A stretch of 64,000 nt of DNA, taken from assembly GCA_963847445.1 (NCBI GenBank), contig CAWJZV010000007.1:32001-96000 (forward strand), given 5' to 3'. Position 1 is the stretch's first letter. Each line of letters begins with the position of its first letter. Source of the DNA: an uncultured delta proteobacterium. Lineage in GTDB: Bacteria; Desulfobacterota; Binatia; UBA9968. Under the pieces are notes generated by a model. It saw nothing but the letters and a program-made list of their open reading frames with translations. It did no database searches and had not been told where the DNA came from. Positions 1-10,547 of the stretch are shown in pieces. Made by a program: the position numbers and the translations under genes.

Positions 1-514
1 AGCGCTCGTCGACGAAAGTGCCGTCGACATGGCGTTCGGGCACGCGCGGCTGGCACTGGTTAACCGGATAGTCCTTGCGCAACGGATGGCCGATGAATTC
101 GTCGTAGAGCAAAATTCGCCGCAAATCTGGATGATCGCTAAAGCGAATGCCATAGAGATCCCAAACTTCGCGCTCGAGATAGTTGGCGCCGCGCCACAGT
201 GGCGTCAGCGAATCGACCACCGCGTCGCTTTCCGGCACACCGACGCGCACGCGCAGGCGGCGGCGTTGCTGGAGCGAGACCAATTGATAGACCACCTCGA
301 AGCGCGGCTCCTGCTTTTGCCAATAATCAACCGCCGTGATGTCGGAGAGAAAATTGAAACTGAGAGCAGGATCTTCCTTGAGCAAGCGAAAGCTCTCTCG
401 CAAACCGGCACGATCCAAGGCGACGACCTGGTCTCCCTGGGGTTCGGTCAGGCTGAGTACTTTGGCGCCAAGCCGATCTTGGATATGTTGAAGTTGGGGG
501 CTCGCTTCAGCCAT
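1..514 (-). CDS. nuoC: NADH-quinone oxidoreductase subunit C (runs off window edge)
   Basis: Manual translation from ATG at 514: MAEASPQLQHIQDRLG...FNFLSDITAVDYW..EPRFEVVYQL...LWRGANYLEREVWDLYGIRFSDHPDLRRILLYDEFIGHPLRKDYP, the NuoC signature. No stop inside the window, so it is absent from the ORF track. Confidence 0.93.
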   Translation of the reverse strand, partial: MAEASPQLQHIQDRLGAKVLSLTEPQGDQVVALDRAGLRESFRLLKEDPALSFNFLSDITAVDYWQKQEPRFEVVYQLVSLQQRRRLRVRVGVPESDAVVDSLTPLWRGANYLEREVWDLYGIRFSDHPDLRRILLYDEFIGHPLRKDYPVNQCQPRVPERHVDGTFVDER

Positions 515-520
515 GAACGA

Positions 521-877
521 TCAATCCCACTCAAGGGCGCCTTTTTTCCAGACATAAACATAACCGATGGTCAGAATGACCAGGAAGATGCCCATCTGCA
601 CCAGACCGAAGACCCCCAACTGGCGAAAATAGATCGCCCAGGGATAAAGAAACACGACTTCCAGGTCGAAAATCAGAAACAACATGGCGACCAGGTAGAA
701 GCGCACCGAGAAACGAATGCGCGCGTCGCCTCGGGGGGGGTTGCCGGATTCGAAGGGTTCGGCTTTGGCGGCATTGGTCGACTTTGGACCGAACAGCGAA
801 GCAACCGTCAGCAATGCGAGGACAATCACGCTCGCAACCGCGAACATCACCAGCAAGGGCAAAAAAGGATGATTCAT
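521..877 (-). CDS. nuoA: NADH-quinone oxidoreductase subunit A
   Basis: PFESG...RFSVRFYLVAMLFLIFDLEVVFLYPWA...YVWKKGALEWD motif; three TM segments. Likely start is the ATG at 877 (the ORF track extends to 904). Confidence 0.95.
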   Translation of the reverse strand: MNHPFLPLLVMFAVASVIVLALLTVASLFGPKSTNAAKAEPFESGNPPRGDARIRFSVRFYLVAMLFLIFDLEVVFLYPWAIYFRQLGVFGLVQMGIFLVILTIGYVYVWKKGALEWD

Positions 878-892
878 GTCATGGGTGCTATT

Positions 893-929
893 AAAAAAAA
901 CCATACCTCCCCGGACCGAAAAGGTATGG
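893..929 (-). terminator. Intrinsic-terminator-like hairpin in the nuoA 5' leader
   Basis: Minus strand CCATACCTTTTCG-GTC-CGGGGAGGTATGG (13-bp stem with three G:U pairs) followed directly by T8. Confidence 0.5.
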
Positions 930-962
930 ATTCTTGCGCGCTATGATCCTTCAATCTAGTGA

Positions 963-993
963 ATTTTGTATTGGAAATGCGCGGAGTTGTCAA
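963..993 (-). promoter_or_regulatory. Putative sigma70 promoter for nuoA
   Basis: Minus strand TTGACA-17 nt-TACAAA(AT). Confidence 0.45.
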
Positions 994-1127
994 GGTAAAG
1001 TCGGCCTCTGGGGGTTTCAACAAGCGGCGTATTTCGCGCTTGGCGAGAAAACCATTGGCGATTGACGCTAGCCGAGATTCGATGCTAATCATCACAACCG
1101 AATCGCGGTTCAATCTGGAGGTTCTGA

Positions 1128-2138
1128 ATGGCCTATAGATTTTCGGCTAGACTGTGGTTCTGCCTCTTTTGGGTTCTGCTCGTGAACTCGCCGGCGGGGG
1201 CGCAAGCGCTTATCGACGGCGCCAAGAAGGAGGGCCAGGTGGTCTTCTACGCTTCTATGGAAGCTCCATCGGCGCAAAGACTCAGTGGCGCTTTCGAACG
1301 AAAATATCCTTTTCTCAAGGTCGAGGCCACGCGTATCGGCTCGGAGCGCATGGCGACCCGGCTGATCGCCGAAGCCCAAGCGCGCAAGGTCCGCGCCGAC
1401 GTTGTCCATCAGTCGGCATTCGATTTCTACGGAGTTTTACAGAAGGGGCTCTTCGATAGCTACCTTTCCGCCGAGCGCGCCGCGATTCCCGCCGAGTACC
1501 GCGACGACAAGGGGCTGTGGGTGATGGCGTCCGCGACCCTCAATGTCATCGCCTATAACAAGAAAATGGTCAGCGCCGCCGATGCCCCGAAAAGCTTCTG
1601 GGATCTGACTGCCGCCAAGTGGAAAGGCCAGCTGCTCATGGACGACAACGAAAGCAAATGGATGGCCGGAATGATGCAGTACTATGGCGAGGCGAAAACC
1701 GTCGAGCTGTTAAAAATGCTCGCGGCGCAAGATATCCAGTTCCGCACCGGTCATTCTTCGATCCAAACCCTGCTCGCCGCCGGCGAGCGCGCCGCGGTGG
1801 TCGTGGCCTTCGCCAATGGCGTCGACCGTTTGAAAAAGGAGGGCGCACCGATCGAGTGGATCGCGCCCGAACCGGTGATCGGTTTGACCTTCGGCACCGC
1901 CGTCGTCAAGGACGCGCCCCACCCCAACGCCGCGCGGCTGTTCAATGATTTTCTCCTGTCGCGTGAAGGCCAAGAGATCACCGCCGCCGCCGGCTACTTC
2001 GTGCCGCGCACCGATGTGGCTTCGCCAATTCTCAAAGAAACGCCGGCAAAAACCAAAGTCGTGCCTCTCCCCATGACCTTGGCATCACGCTACAACGAAT
2101 ATTTCCAGACCTACCGTAAAATCATGGGGCTAAAATAA
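1128..2138 (+). CDS. ABC transporter extracellular solute-binding protein (Fe3+/polyamine-type family)
   Basis: Signal peptide; AKKEGQVVFY, FERKYP, IAYNKKMV..APKSFWDL...KWKG, APHPNAARLFNDFLLSREGQ motifs. Confidence 0.85.
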   Translation: MAYRFSARLWFCLFWVLLVNSPAGAQALIDGAKKEGQVVFYASMEAPSAQRLSGAFERKYPFLKVEATRIGSERMATRLIAEAQARKVRADVVHQSAFDFYGVLQKGLFDSYLSAERAAIPAEYRDDKGLWVMASATLNVIAYNKKMVSAADAPKSFWDLTAAKWKGQLLMDDNESKWMAGMMQYYGEAKTVELLKMLAAQDIQFRTGHSSIQTLLAAGERAAVVVAFANGVDRLKKEGAPIEWIAPEPVIGLTFGTAVVKDAPHPNAARLFNDFLLSREGQEITAAAGYFVPRTDVASPILKETPAKTKVVPLPMTLASRYNEYFQTYRKIMGLK

Positions 2139-2156
2139 AGCGACTACGTATCGAGA

Positions 2157-2194
2157 TGTCATCCTGAGCGAAGCCGAAGGGCCTCGGTATGACA
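2157..2194. repeat. REP-like palindromic element (GTCATCCTGAGCGAAG type)
   Basis: TGTCATCCTGAGCGAAGCCGAAGGGCCTCGGTATGACA with TGTCAT/ATGACA inverted ends, lying just after a stop codon. Confidence 0.55.
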
Positions 2195-2234
2195 ACTGCC
2201 GGCAAGAACATAATCGACACTTTAGGAGACCGAG

Positions 2235-3598
2235 ATGGCTTACCAATCTGAACAAGGCAACTTCACCATCGCCCTCGCCGGCGATACCATGCTCACGCGC
2301 AAATTAACGCCCTTCACCGAGGAGCGTTTTCTCAGACTGCGCGAGATCCTGCGCGGCGCCGACGCCCGCTTCGCCAATCTCGAAGGCACGGTGCACACCT
2401 GGGACGAAGGGACACCGGGGATCACCCAGGGCACGTTCATGACCACGGACCCCAAGCTCCTCGAAGACTTGCAATGGCTCGGCATCAATCTGGTGTCCTG
2501 CGCCAACAACCACGCCTTCGACTACGGCGAAGACGGCGTGCTCGCCAACCTCAAGCATCTCGATGTCGCCGGCATGGTTCACGCCGGCACCGGGAAAAAT
2601 CTCGCCGAAGCGCGCGCGCCCGGTTATCTCGACACGCCCAACGGCCGAGTCGCCTTGGTCGCCACCACCGCGACCTTCAGACCCTGGAACCAAGCCGGCG
2701 AACAGCGCCCTGACTTGCGCGGCCGGCCCGGTATCAATCCGCTTGGGCTTCCAGACCGTCTACTACGTCGACGCCGCGGCCTTCGAACAATTGCAAGCGC
2801 ATCAGCCGCGAACTCGGCTTTGAAAAAAGCACCGAGCGGGCGCGCAAACATTTTTATAGCGACAAGGAACTCGCCAACGCCAACGCCGCCGAGTTGAGTC
2901 TGCTCGGCAATCGTTATGTCTTCGGCGAAGGTTTCTCCATCGCCACCGAAGCCAACCCGCGCGACCTGCAAGATAACTTACGCTGGATCCGCGAAGCGCG
3001 CCGCCAAGCCGACTGGCTCGTCGTCAGCGCTCATTGTCATGAATTTGGCGGCAGCAGTCTGCTGACGGCAAGCACGCGGGCGGAGCTGGAAGAGACCGCC
3101 GACTTCGTCACCAAGTTCGCTCACCAGGCGATCGACGAAGGCGCCGACATTTTCGTCGGCCACGGCTCGCACTTCCCGATGGGTGTGGAAATTTATAAGG
3201 GCAAACCGATCTTTTACAGCGTCGGCAATTTCGTCTTTCAAAACGAAACCGTCGGCTTCTTTCCCGCCGACGCCTACGAGCGCTTCGATCTCGATCTCAA
3301 GGCCACGCCGTCCGACTTCCTCGACGCCCGCACCAACGGCGGCAAAAAAGGCCATCCCAGCGATCCTGCCTATTGGGAAAACATGTTCCCGGTCTGCGAG
3401 TTCAGCAAGCAGAAATTGACCAGCATAAAAATCTACCCCATCGACCAAGGCTTCGGCCGGCCAAGGCCGCAACGCGGCCGCCCCGTGCTCGCCGAAGGCG
3501 AAGTGGCCAATCGGGTGATCGAGCGAGTGGTGCGCCTCTCGAAACGTTATGGGACCAAGGTGATGAATCAAGGCGGTGTTGGCGTGATCGAACCGTAG
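2235..3598 (+). CDS. CapA/PGA_cap family metallophosphoesterase-fold protein (frameshifted near 2750-2810)
   Basis: AGDTML, FANLEG, SCANNHAFDYG, VSAHCHE, GHGSH, IFYSVGNF motifs spread over ORFs 2235..2897 and 2894..3598. Confidence 0.85.
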
Positions 3599-3698
3599 CG
3601 TTGACCGCGGGCATCACGGCGATTCCGCAAACTGAATGCCTGTGGGAAAAAAACCGAGGAAGTTTGCATACGTCGACTAGCAGCAGATTCTTAAATCC

Positions 3699-3781
3699 GT
3701 CATTCCGGCGCAGGCCGGAATCCAGGCTTTCTTAGACTTGCAGCACAAGCGAAGATGGATGCCGGCCTGCGCCGGCATGAC
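3699..3781. repeat. REP doublet (GTCATTCCGGCG type)
   Basis: GTCATTCCGGCGCAGGCCGGAATCCA ... TGGATGCCGGCCTGCGCCGGCATGAC inverted pair between convergent genes. Confidence 0.8.
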
Positions 3782-3838
3782 AAGTCTTCAAATACCCTTA
3801 ACGCGAGGGATTCCAACCAGCCGCAGCAGTGGAGTTTC

Positions 3839-4856
3839 CTATTCCGCCATGATTTCCTTCACCCGTTTGACGACATCGGCGGGTTGAGTGACGGTGGCAA
3901 TGATTTTTTTTTGCAGTTGGTCGCCGCTCAGGAACGTCGTGCCGTCCCAGTCGAGCAGTTTTTTCGCCTCGGCGGCAAACTCGCTATCCTTCAACATCCG
4001 CTCGAAGCTGTCGCGCAGAATCTGCACGCGCTCCTTGGGCACACCCGGCGGTGCCGCGAAGGGGCGGTCGAACTCGGTGTAAGCGAGCATGACATTCATT
4101 AAGTTTAAATAAGGCTTAGCCTCGGGGCGCGCGAGTTCCGCCACGCGTGGGCACCGGCGGCAATAACGGGCTTTTCTCCGGCCCTTGCTGGACGATAAAA
4201 GTGACATAGTTTTCTTTTATCCAACGATTCCACGGCGCGCGAATCACCGTGACATCGGAAGTCGCCCGGCAATCTATCTCGCCCCGTTCCAAGCCGAGAT
4301 CGGTGTCGCGGCCGCCCTGAAATCCGGTGACGTTTTTCAACTTGATATCGAGCAGCCGCTCCATCAAGTTGGCGAATATATAGCTGATGCTGCCGGTGCC
4401 CGATTGGCCGAAGCGCGGTGGGGTTTTCGCCGCGCGGATCGCCGCGATGCTTTTGTATTCCGTGTCCGAACGGCAAGCCGCCATCATCGGCGCTTTGTTG
4501 AAGCTGCCGATCCAATTGAATTTTCGAAAGTCCGCCTTAGCCTCGGGCCGGCCGATGATTTGCTCCATGTAGTTGGCCCGGCTCACCGCCAATATCGTCA
4601 AGCCATCCGGCTTGGCGACATTGTAGAGATAGTTGGCCGCGATCAACCCGCCGGCGCCCGACATATTGCGCACGACGACGCCGGGATTTCCCGGCATATG
4701 TTTTCCCAGATAACGGCCCACCAAACGGGCACCGAAGTCGGTGGTCGCGCCGGGTCCGCTCGCCACCAGCAATTGAATCGTTTTGCCCTCATAGAATTGT
4801 TCCGCTGAATGAACGTCACCGGGGCAGGTCATCAGCAGAACTCCCCAAAACATCAA
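3839..4856 (-). CDS. Tripartite tricarboxylate transporter substrate-binding protein (Bug/TctC family), frameshifted near 4140
   Basis: FYEGKTI..PGATTD..RLVGRYLGKHMPGNP..NMSGAGGLIAANYLYNVAKPDGLT, LERGEID, RPFAAPPGVPKERVQILR. Confidence 0.85.
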
Positions 4857-5016
4857 TCTCAGCAGGAAATTCTTTATGCAGGACGAGGAGAGCGAATGCG
4901 ATACCCATCGTCCGCTCAGCCACGCGTAAGTCTGTCCGCATAGGCAATCACAGAATCAATCTCCTCACGCATTCAATCGGCAATTTGAAATCTGAAATAC
5001 GCCGCGTCCCGCGGCG

Positions 5017-6485
5017 TCACAGCCCCTGGGCCGCGGCATTTCTTCCAGCCAGCCGCGAGAAAACCACATTGCGCGTCTGACCGGTGCAGGACGGATAGTT
5101 GTGAAAAAACAAACCGACGATGTCGCCGGAAGCGAATAGGCCGCGGATCGGATTGTTCGAGGTGTTGAGCACCTGGGCCTGGGTGTTGATCTGCAAGCCG
5201 CCGAAGGTGAACGTCACGCCGCCGGTAATCGCGTAGGCGAAGTAGGGCGGCTTGTCGAGGGTATCGGCCCAGTGGGATTTTTTCGGCGTGATGCCCTCGG
5301 TGCAGCGGCCGTCCAGTTTGGTCGCGTCGAACGGGATGTCTTTGCGGATCGCGCCGTTGAACTCGTCGATGGTCCGCTTGAGAATCATCGGCTCGATGCT
5401 GATTTTCTGCGCCAACTCTTCGATCGTGTGCGCTTCGATGGGATGGGAAAATTCGTAGTAGCGCTGGTTCAAAAGCCCCAACGCCTTCTGATCGTAGATT
5501 TGGTAGGCGATGGCACCCGGCTGCCCAAGCACCGCCCAACCGGTCTTGGCGTAGGTGTAGGAATGGCGCGCTTCGCCCTCGTCGAAAAAGCGCTGGCCGA
5601 GAGAATTGACGGTGATGCCGTAGGTGTAGCCGTAGCGATTGGCCTTGTTGCTGATTTCGACATCGGGAAAGGTCGCGTCGATCGGCGTCGCATGGGCGCC
5701 CTGCCAATGGCCCGCGGTTTTGGCGCCCATGTCGATCGCCATCATCAGCACTTCGCCGGTATCATGCTTGCTGCCGCGCACCTTCATCAGGTCGGCGTTG
5801 GGGCCGAGATAGCGCGCCCGCTTCTCCGCGCTCGCCTGAAATCCGCCGGCGCACAGAATCACCGAGTTGGCGCGAATTTCATACTCTTCATTGGGATCGG
5901 AGACACGCACACCCTCGATTCGCCGGTCGTTGCCGAGCAGCGCCGCAACCCGCGACTCGTAGCGCAGCTCGATGCCCATCTTGGTGGCGATCTCGCGCCA
6001 CTGCATGAGTTGATCCAGTCCGCCCTCAACGCCGCCGCGCGGATGGATCACCATCCCCGGTTCGAAGTAATATTTCCCGTCGATGATCACATAGCTGTCG
6101 ATGTCCCATTTGATGCCGACTTCGCGCATCCAATGGATCGCCGCGGTGGACTGTGTCACCAAGACCTCGGACAGTTCTTTGCTGATCCGTCCCTTGGTCA
6201 CCCGCTGCAGGTCGGCGTGAAACTGTTCCGCGGTGTAGGCTGGGATATGCAGCTTGGCGAAGAGCTCGTCGTCCATGTCCGGCAGGAACTTGCGTATCTC
6301 TTCGGGGCCGGAAAACACCCAGCGAAAACCGGTGTGCGAATAGCGCGCGTTGCCGCCAAACTCCGGCTCCGGCGCTTTCTCCAGCATCACGACTTGCGGC
6401 GCGCCGGCTTGCTTGGCCGCCACCGCCGCCTCAAAGGCGGCGCTGCCGCCGCCGACAACTACAACGGGATATTTTCAGTTCTCAC
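5017..6485 (-). CDS. FAD-dependent oxidoreductase, TcuA (tricarballylate dehydrogenase)-like, copy 1
   Basis: VVVVGGGSAA FAD motif, LEKAPEPEFGGNARYS, ILCAGGFQAS, GVTFTFGGL, GLFASGDIVGLFFHNYP. GGAGG then GTG at 6485, with a one-base shift near 6473. Confidence 0.85.
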
Positions 6486-6502
6486 GATTGCACCTCCATT
6501 CG

Positions 6503-6523
6503 GTGGAGCGCAGCGACACCCAT
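6503..6523. repeat. Single GTAG-family REP fragment
   Basis: GGTGGAGCGCAGCGACACCCATC resembles the arm at 14480-14502; another fragment lies near 4890-4910. Confidence 0.45.
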
Positions 6524-6540
6524 CAAACCAACGCTCCCGA

Positions 6541-6575
6541 GAATTCTGGAATTTGGAATCTGTAATATGGAATTC
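6541..6575. repeat. Degenerate heptamer tandem repeat
   Basis: GAATTCT GGAATTT GGAATCT GTAATAT GGAATTC; the 18-mer AATCTGTAATATGGAATT recurs exactly at 61193..61210. Confidence 0.7.
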
Positions 6576-6595
6576 GTGACGCCGCCCCCGCGGCG

Positions 6596-8071
6596 TCACA
6601 GCCCCTGCGCCGCCGCATTTCTGCCCGCCAAACGCGAGAACACCACGTTGCGCGTCTGTCCCGGTGCACGACGGATAATTGTGAAAGAACAAGCCGACGA
6701 TATCGCCGGAGGCGAACAGGCCGCGGATCGGATTACTCGAAGTATTTAACACCTGCGCCTGCGTATTGATCTGCAAGCCGCCGAAGGTAAAGGTCACCCC
6801 GCCGGTTATCGAAAACGCCCAGTAGGGCGGCTTGTCGATTGGACTAGCCCAGTTGGATTTTTTCGGCGTGATGCCTTCGGTGCATTTGCCGTCCAGTTTA
6901 GTCGCGTCGAAGACGACATCCTTGCGCGCCGCGTTGTTGAATTCCGTAACCGTGTGCTTGAGCACGGTGGGCTCGATGCCGATTTTGCCGGCCAGCTCGT
7001 CAATTGATTTCGCTTCTATGGGCGTGGAGAACTCGTAACGGTTGCCAAGCAGCGGAATCGTCTTCTGATCGTAGATTTGATACGCCAACGCGCCGGGTTG
7101 GCCGAGCACGGCCCAACCGGTCTTAGCGTAAGTATATGAATGGCGCGCTTCGCCTTCGTCGAAAAAGCGCTGTCCCAAAGTATTGACGGTGATGCTGTAC
7201 GGATAACCGTAACGATTGGCTTTGCTGCCGATCTCCACGTCGGGATAGGTCGAATCGATCGGCGTCGCGTGGGCGCCTTGCCAATGGCCGGCCGCCTTGG
7301 CGCCCATGGCCAAGGTCATCATCAGCACTTCGCCGGTGTCGTGCCGGCTGCCGCGCACCTTCATCAGATCGGCGTTGGGCGCCAAGATAGCGCGCGCGCA
7401 TTTCCGCATTCGCCTGAAAGCCGCCGGCGCAAAGAACGATTGACCCGCTTTTGATTTCGTATTCTTCGTTGGGATCGGAGACCACGACGCCTTCGATATG
7501 CCGGTCGTTGCCGAGTAACGCTTTGACCCGCGACTCGTAGCGCAGCTCGACGCCCATGCCCAGGGCGATCTCGCGCCATTGCCTAATTGGCCCAGTCCGC
7601 CGCCGACGCCGCCGACCGGATGGATCACCAATCCCGGCTCGAAATAATAACGGCCGTCGATCACCACGTGACTATCGATCTCCCACTTGATGCCCAACTC
7701 GCGCATCCAATGAATCGCCGCGTTGGACTGGCTCACCAGCACGTCGGCTAAAGTTCCTGATCGATGCGGCCGCGCGTGACCCGCTGCAAATCGGCGTGAA
7801 ACAGTTCCGCGGAATAGGCCGGCAAGTTGAGTTTCGCAAACATCGCGTCGTCGACATCCGGCAGAAACTGGCGGATCTCATCGGCGCCGGAAAACACCCA
7901 GCGAAAGCCGGTGTGCGAATAGCGCGCGTTGCCGCCGAACTCCGGCTCCGGCGCTTTTTCCAACATCACGACTTTCGGCGCGCCGGCTTGCTTGGCCGCC
8001 ACCGCCGCTTCAAAGGCGGCGCTGCCGCCGCCGACAACTACCACGGGATGTTTTCCGTTCTCACGGTGCAA
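6596..8071 (-). CDS. FAD-dependent oxidoreductase, TcuA-like, copy 2 (several frameshifts)
   Basis: Colinear paralog of 5017..6485 with the same motifs; pieces in ORFs 7748..8071, 6459..7742 and 7123..7557; stop at 6596 in the same context as copy 1. Confidence 0.85.
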
Positions 8072-8113
8072 AATTCTCCATCTTCGATGTCAATTATTAT
8101 AGCGAGTGAATGA

Positions 8114-9111
8114 TCAATTCTTTTTATACAAGCCCTGAATGAACCCGGAACTTTCGAGCTTGTTCATGAACGAGTTGTCGATGAGCGTCTCGACGCGCAC
8201 GTCGGCGATCTTTGGGTTGAGCTGGATTAAGAGCTTTTGCAGCCGCTTCATTCCCTCGACGCTGGTGTGCGGCGCGCGCTCATAGTTGGTGATCACGGCT
8301 TGATAGGATTCCTCGACATCGGCCGGATTGCTCAAACGCAGGTTAGTTGCCAAGAGCCGGTTCACGAGTTCCTTGTTCGCCGGATCGTTGATCATCGCGA
8401 TCGCCTCGATCGTGGCTTTCAAATGGCCTTCGATCACCTGCGGCTTTGTCGCCGCCGCGCGCCGCGTCGTCACCATCATGTTCTGCGGCAGGGTCACGCC
8501 GGCGGACTTCAAGTTATAAAGCAAGGTATAACCTTTGTTGGCGTAGACCTCGCCCATCGCGCCTCTTAGCGTGGTGGCATCGACACTGCCGCTCTCGAGG
8601 GCCAAGCGCCGGTTCATTTCGGTCCCCGGTATCGTCAGAAAAGAAATCTTCGCTTGAACCGGATCGAGTTGAGTCCTTGAAGCGCCAACATCGACACCAG
8701 ATGCGACGTTGATCCTGGACCGCTGACCGCGATCCGTTTGCCACGAAGGTCCTCCGGCTTCTTGATGTCGGGGCGCGTGTTAAGGCGAAAATCCAGTTTC
8801 TGATTGAAGTTGGCGATGCCGGCGAGCTCCGCGCCGCTCAGACCGGCGTTGACGAGATGGCCGGGACCGATGATCGCCGCGTCAATTTCACCCGCAAGCA
8901 AAGCTGCGATGGCCAAGGGATTGCGCGGCATGAGTATGAACTGCATGTCGACGCCATATTTTTTGAACAAGCCGCGTTCGCGCGCCACCCAGACATGAGT
9001 CATGCTTTCGCTGGTCACGCTGGAGGACAGATATGATTTAGGTCTGACCGGTCGAAGGACTCGGCAGGCAAAGGACCAGCGAGAGGATAACGAACATAGC
9101 ACACGCGCCAT
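8114..9111 (-). CDS. ABC transporter substrate-binding protein, SsuA/NMT1/THI5-like (frameshifted)
   Basis: WVARERGLFKKYGVD, AALLAGEID, IKKPEDLRGKRIAVSGPGSTS, ALESGSVDA, IDNSFMNKLESSGFI across ORFs 8635..9129 and 8114..8617. Confidence 0.8.
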
Positions 9112-9246
9112 ACAACCTTCGGCGGCCATGAGGCAAAGTGATTCTCGTCATCGCGCTGACCCCGTTTGTTTCGCCCTTGGGTCGGCGAGAGTATCGTCCT
9201 CGCCGGCCCAATCAAGGATACGAGAAGCGGCTATCGTTTCGGCTAA

Positions 9247-9639
9247 CTAGTCGCTCTTTTTCTCGCCCAGCGGCACGACATTTTGAAAGCCATGCTCGGA
9301 GATGTCGAAATAATTGCCATCGGGATCGGAGCCGCGGGTCTCGGCATAGGGACGGCCGTTGGGACGGCCTTTCGGCAATTTGTTGGGATTGACCTTTTTC
9401 ATTCGGTCGACGATCTTCTCGCCGCTCTCCACTTCGAAGCCGAAATGGTACAGGCCGTTGGGCGCGTTCTGTTCATGGTTGGGCAGGATCGCTAGATTGA
9501 AATACCCGTCGGTCAGGAAAATCGCGCCGCCTTCGTTTTTTTCCTTGTGCAGCATCTGCATCTCGAAGACGTCCATGTAAAACGTCGCGAGCTTGCCGGT
9601 ATCTTCCGTGCGAATGGCCAAATGTTTGATCTTAGGCAT
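9247..9639 (-). CDS. VOC/glyoxalase family protein, copy 1
   Basis: KHLAIRT..LATFYMDVF, GLYHFGFEV, DPDGNYFDIS. Confidence 0.9.
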   Translation of the reverse strand: MPKIKHLAIRTEDTGKLATFYMDVFEMQMLHKEKNEGGAIFLTDGYFNLAILPNHEQNAPNGLYHFGFEVESGEKIVDRMKKVNPNKLPKGRPNGRPYAETRGSDPDGNYFDISEHGFQNVVPLGEKKSD

Positions 9640-9675
9640 ATTGTCCTCCTTGGATTGAAAATTCTGGGACGACAG

Positions 9676-10068
9676 TTAATTATCTTCCTTGCCGCCCACC
9701 GGTTGGACGACTTGAAAGCCATGCTCGGAAATATCGAAATAGTTGCCGTCAATATCCGAAGTGCGTGTTTCGGCATAGGGCCGGCCATTGGGGCGCTGTT
9801 TAGGCATCTTGTTGGGATTGAACTTTTTTAGCCGTTCGACGATCTTCTCGCCGTTCTCCACTTCGAAACCGAAATGGTACAGCCCGTTGGGCGACTGTTG
9901 CTCGTTGTTCGGCAGGATCGCGAGATTGAAATAGCCGTCGGTCAAGTAAACCGCGCCGCCTTCTTGTTTGTCTTTGTGCAGAACCTCCATCTCGAAAACG
10001 TCCATGTAAAACGTTGCGAGCTTGCCGGTATCTTCGGTTCGAATCGCCAGATGACGTAGTTTTGGCAT
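9676..10068 (-). CDS. VOC/glyoxalase family protein, copy 2
   Basis: Same length (130 aa) and roughly 80% identical by eye to 9247..9639. Confidence 0.9.
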   Translation of the reverse strand: MPKLRHLAIRTEDTGKLATFYMDVFEMEVLHKDKQEGGAVYLTDGYFNLAILPNNEQQSPNGLYHFGFEVENGEKIVERLKKFNPNKMPKQRPNGRPYAETRTSDIDGNYFDISEHGFQVVQPVGGKEDN

Positions 10069-10104
10069 TTATTACTCCTAGGAAAAGTTTGTAAACGTAG
10101 AGAT

Positions 10105-10460
10105 TTATTTTGCGGCTTCGGCACGAGTGATGCCAATGCCGAACGGTTCGGAACGATTGCCGAACAACACCAACGGTTCGGTCCCCTTATTGATTAATTG
10201 GTAATATTCTTTGGCTGGGAAAAAGACGATGTCATCCTTCTTCGCCACCCGCTCGCCGCCCTTGATATCTTTAATCGAGCACTCCCCCTGCACCACCAGA
10301 AACGTCTCCGGATTCTGATGGAAATGCATCGGCGTGTCGTCGCCCGGCTCGAAGTAAAGCATCCACGAGCGAAAATTATCCGTGCCAAAAAAATGGTTAT
10401 TTTTGATCTTGCCTGCGCGCGCGGCTCGTCGATCTTCTGCCCCAGATTAATGCATTCCAT
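10105..10460 (-). CDS. Cupin domain protein (frameshifted near the 5' end)
   Basis: PGDDTPMHFHQNPETFLVVQGE cupin motif 1; GGAGG then ATG at 10460 (MECINL...). Confidence 0.8.
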
Positions 10461-10547
10461 AGCGCCCTCCTGAACCCGATTTTTCAGGTGGACCGAACCT
10501 ATCGCGGCGCGGGTTCGCTTGTCAATTGGCGAGGTAAGAATGGCAGC

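Noticed and set aside
29-946. Long antisense ORFs (e.g. 29..946, 5272..6579, 19567..20430, 34858..35721, 60154..61074)
   Set aside because: They lie opposite well-supported genes and lack recognisable motifs; typical shadow ORFs in GC-rich DNA.
2235-3598. Poly-gamma-glutamate capsule locus
   Set aside because: The CapA-family gene stands alone with no capB/capC; the family is widespread outside capsule synthesis.
6474-6480. In-frame TGA upstream of TcuA-like copy 1 as selenocysteine
   Set aside because: The position is not a Cys-equivalent site and no suitable in-frame start precedes it; a one-base indel explains it better.
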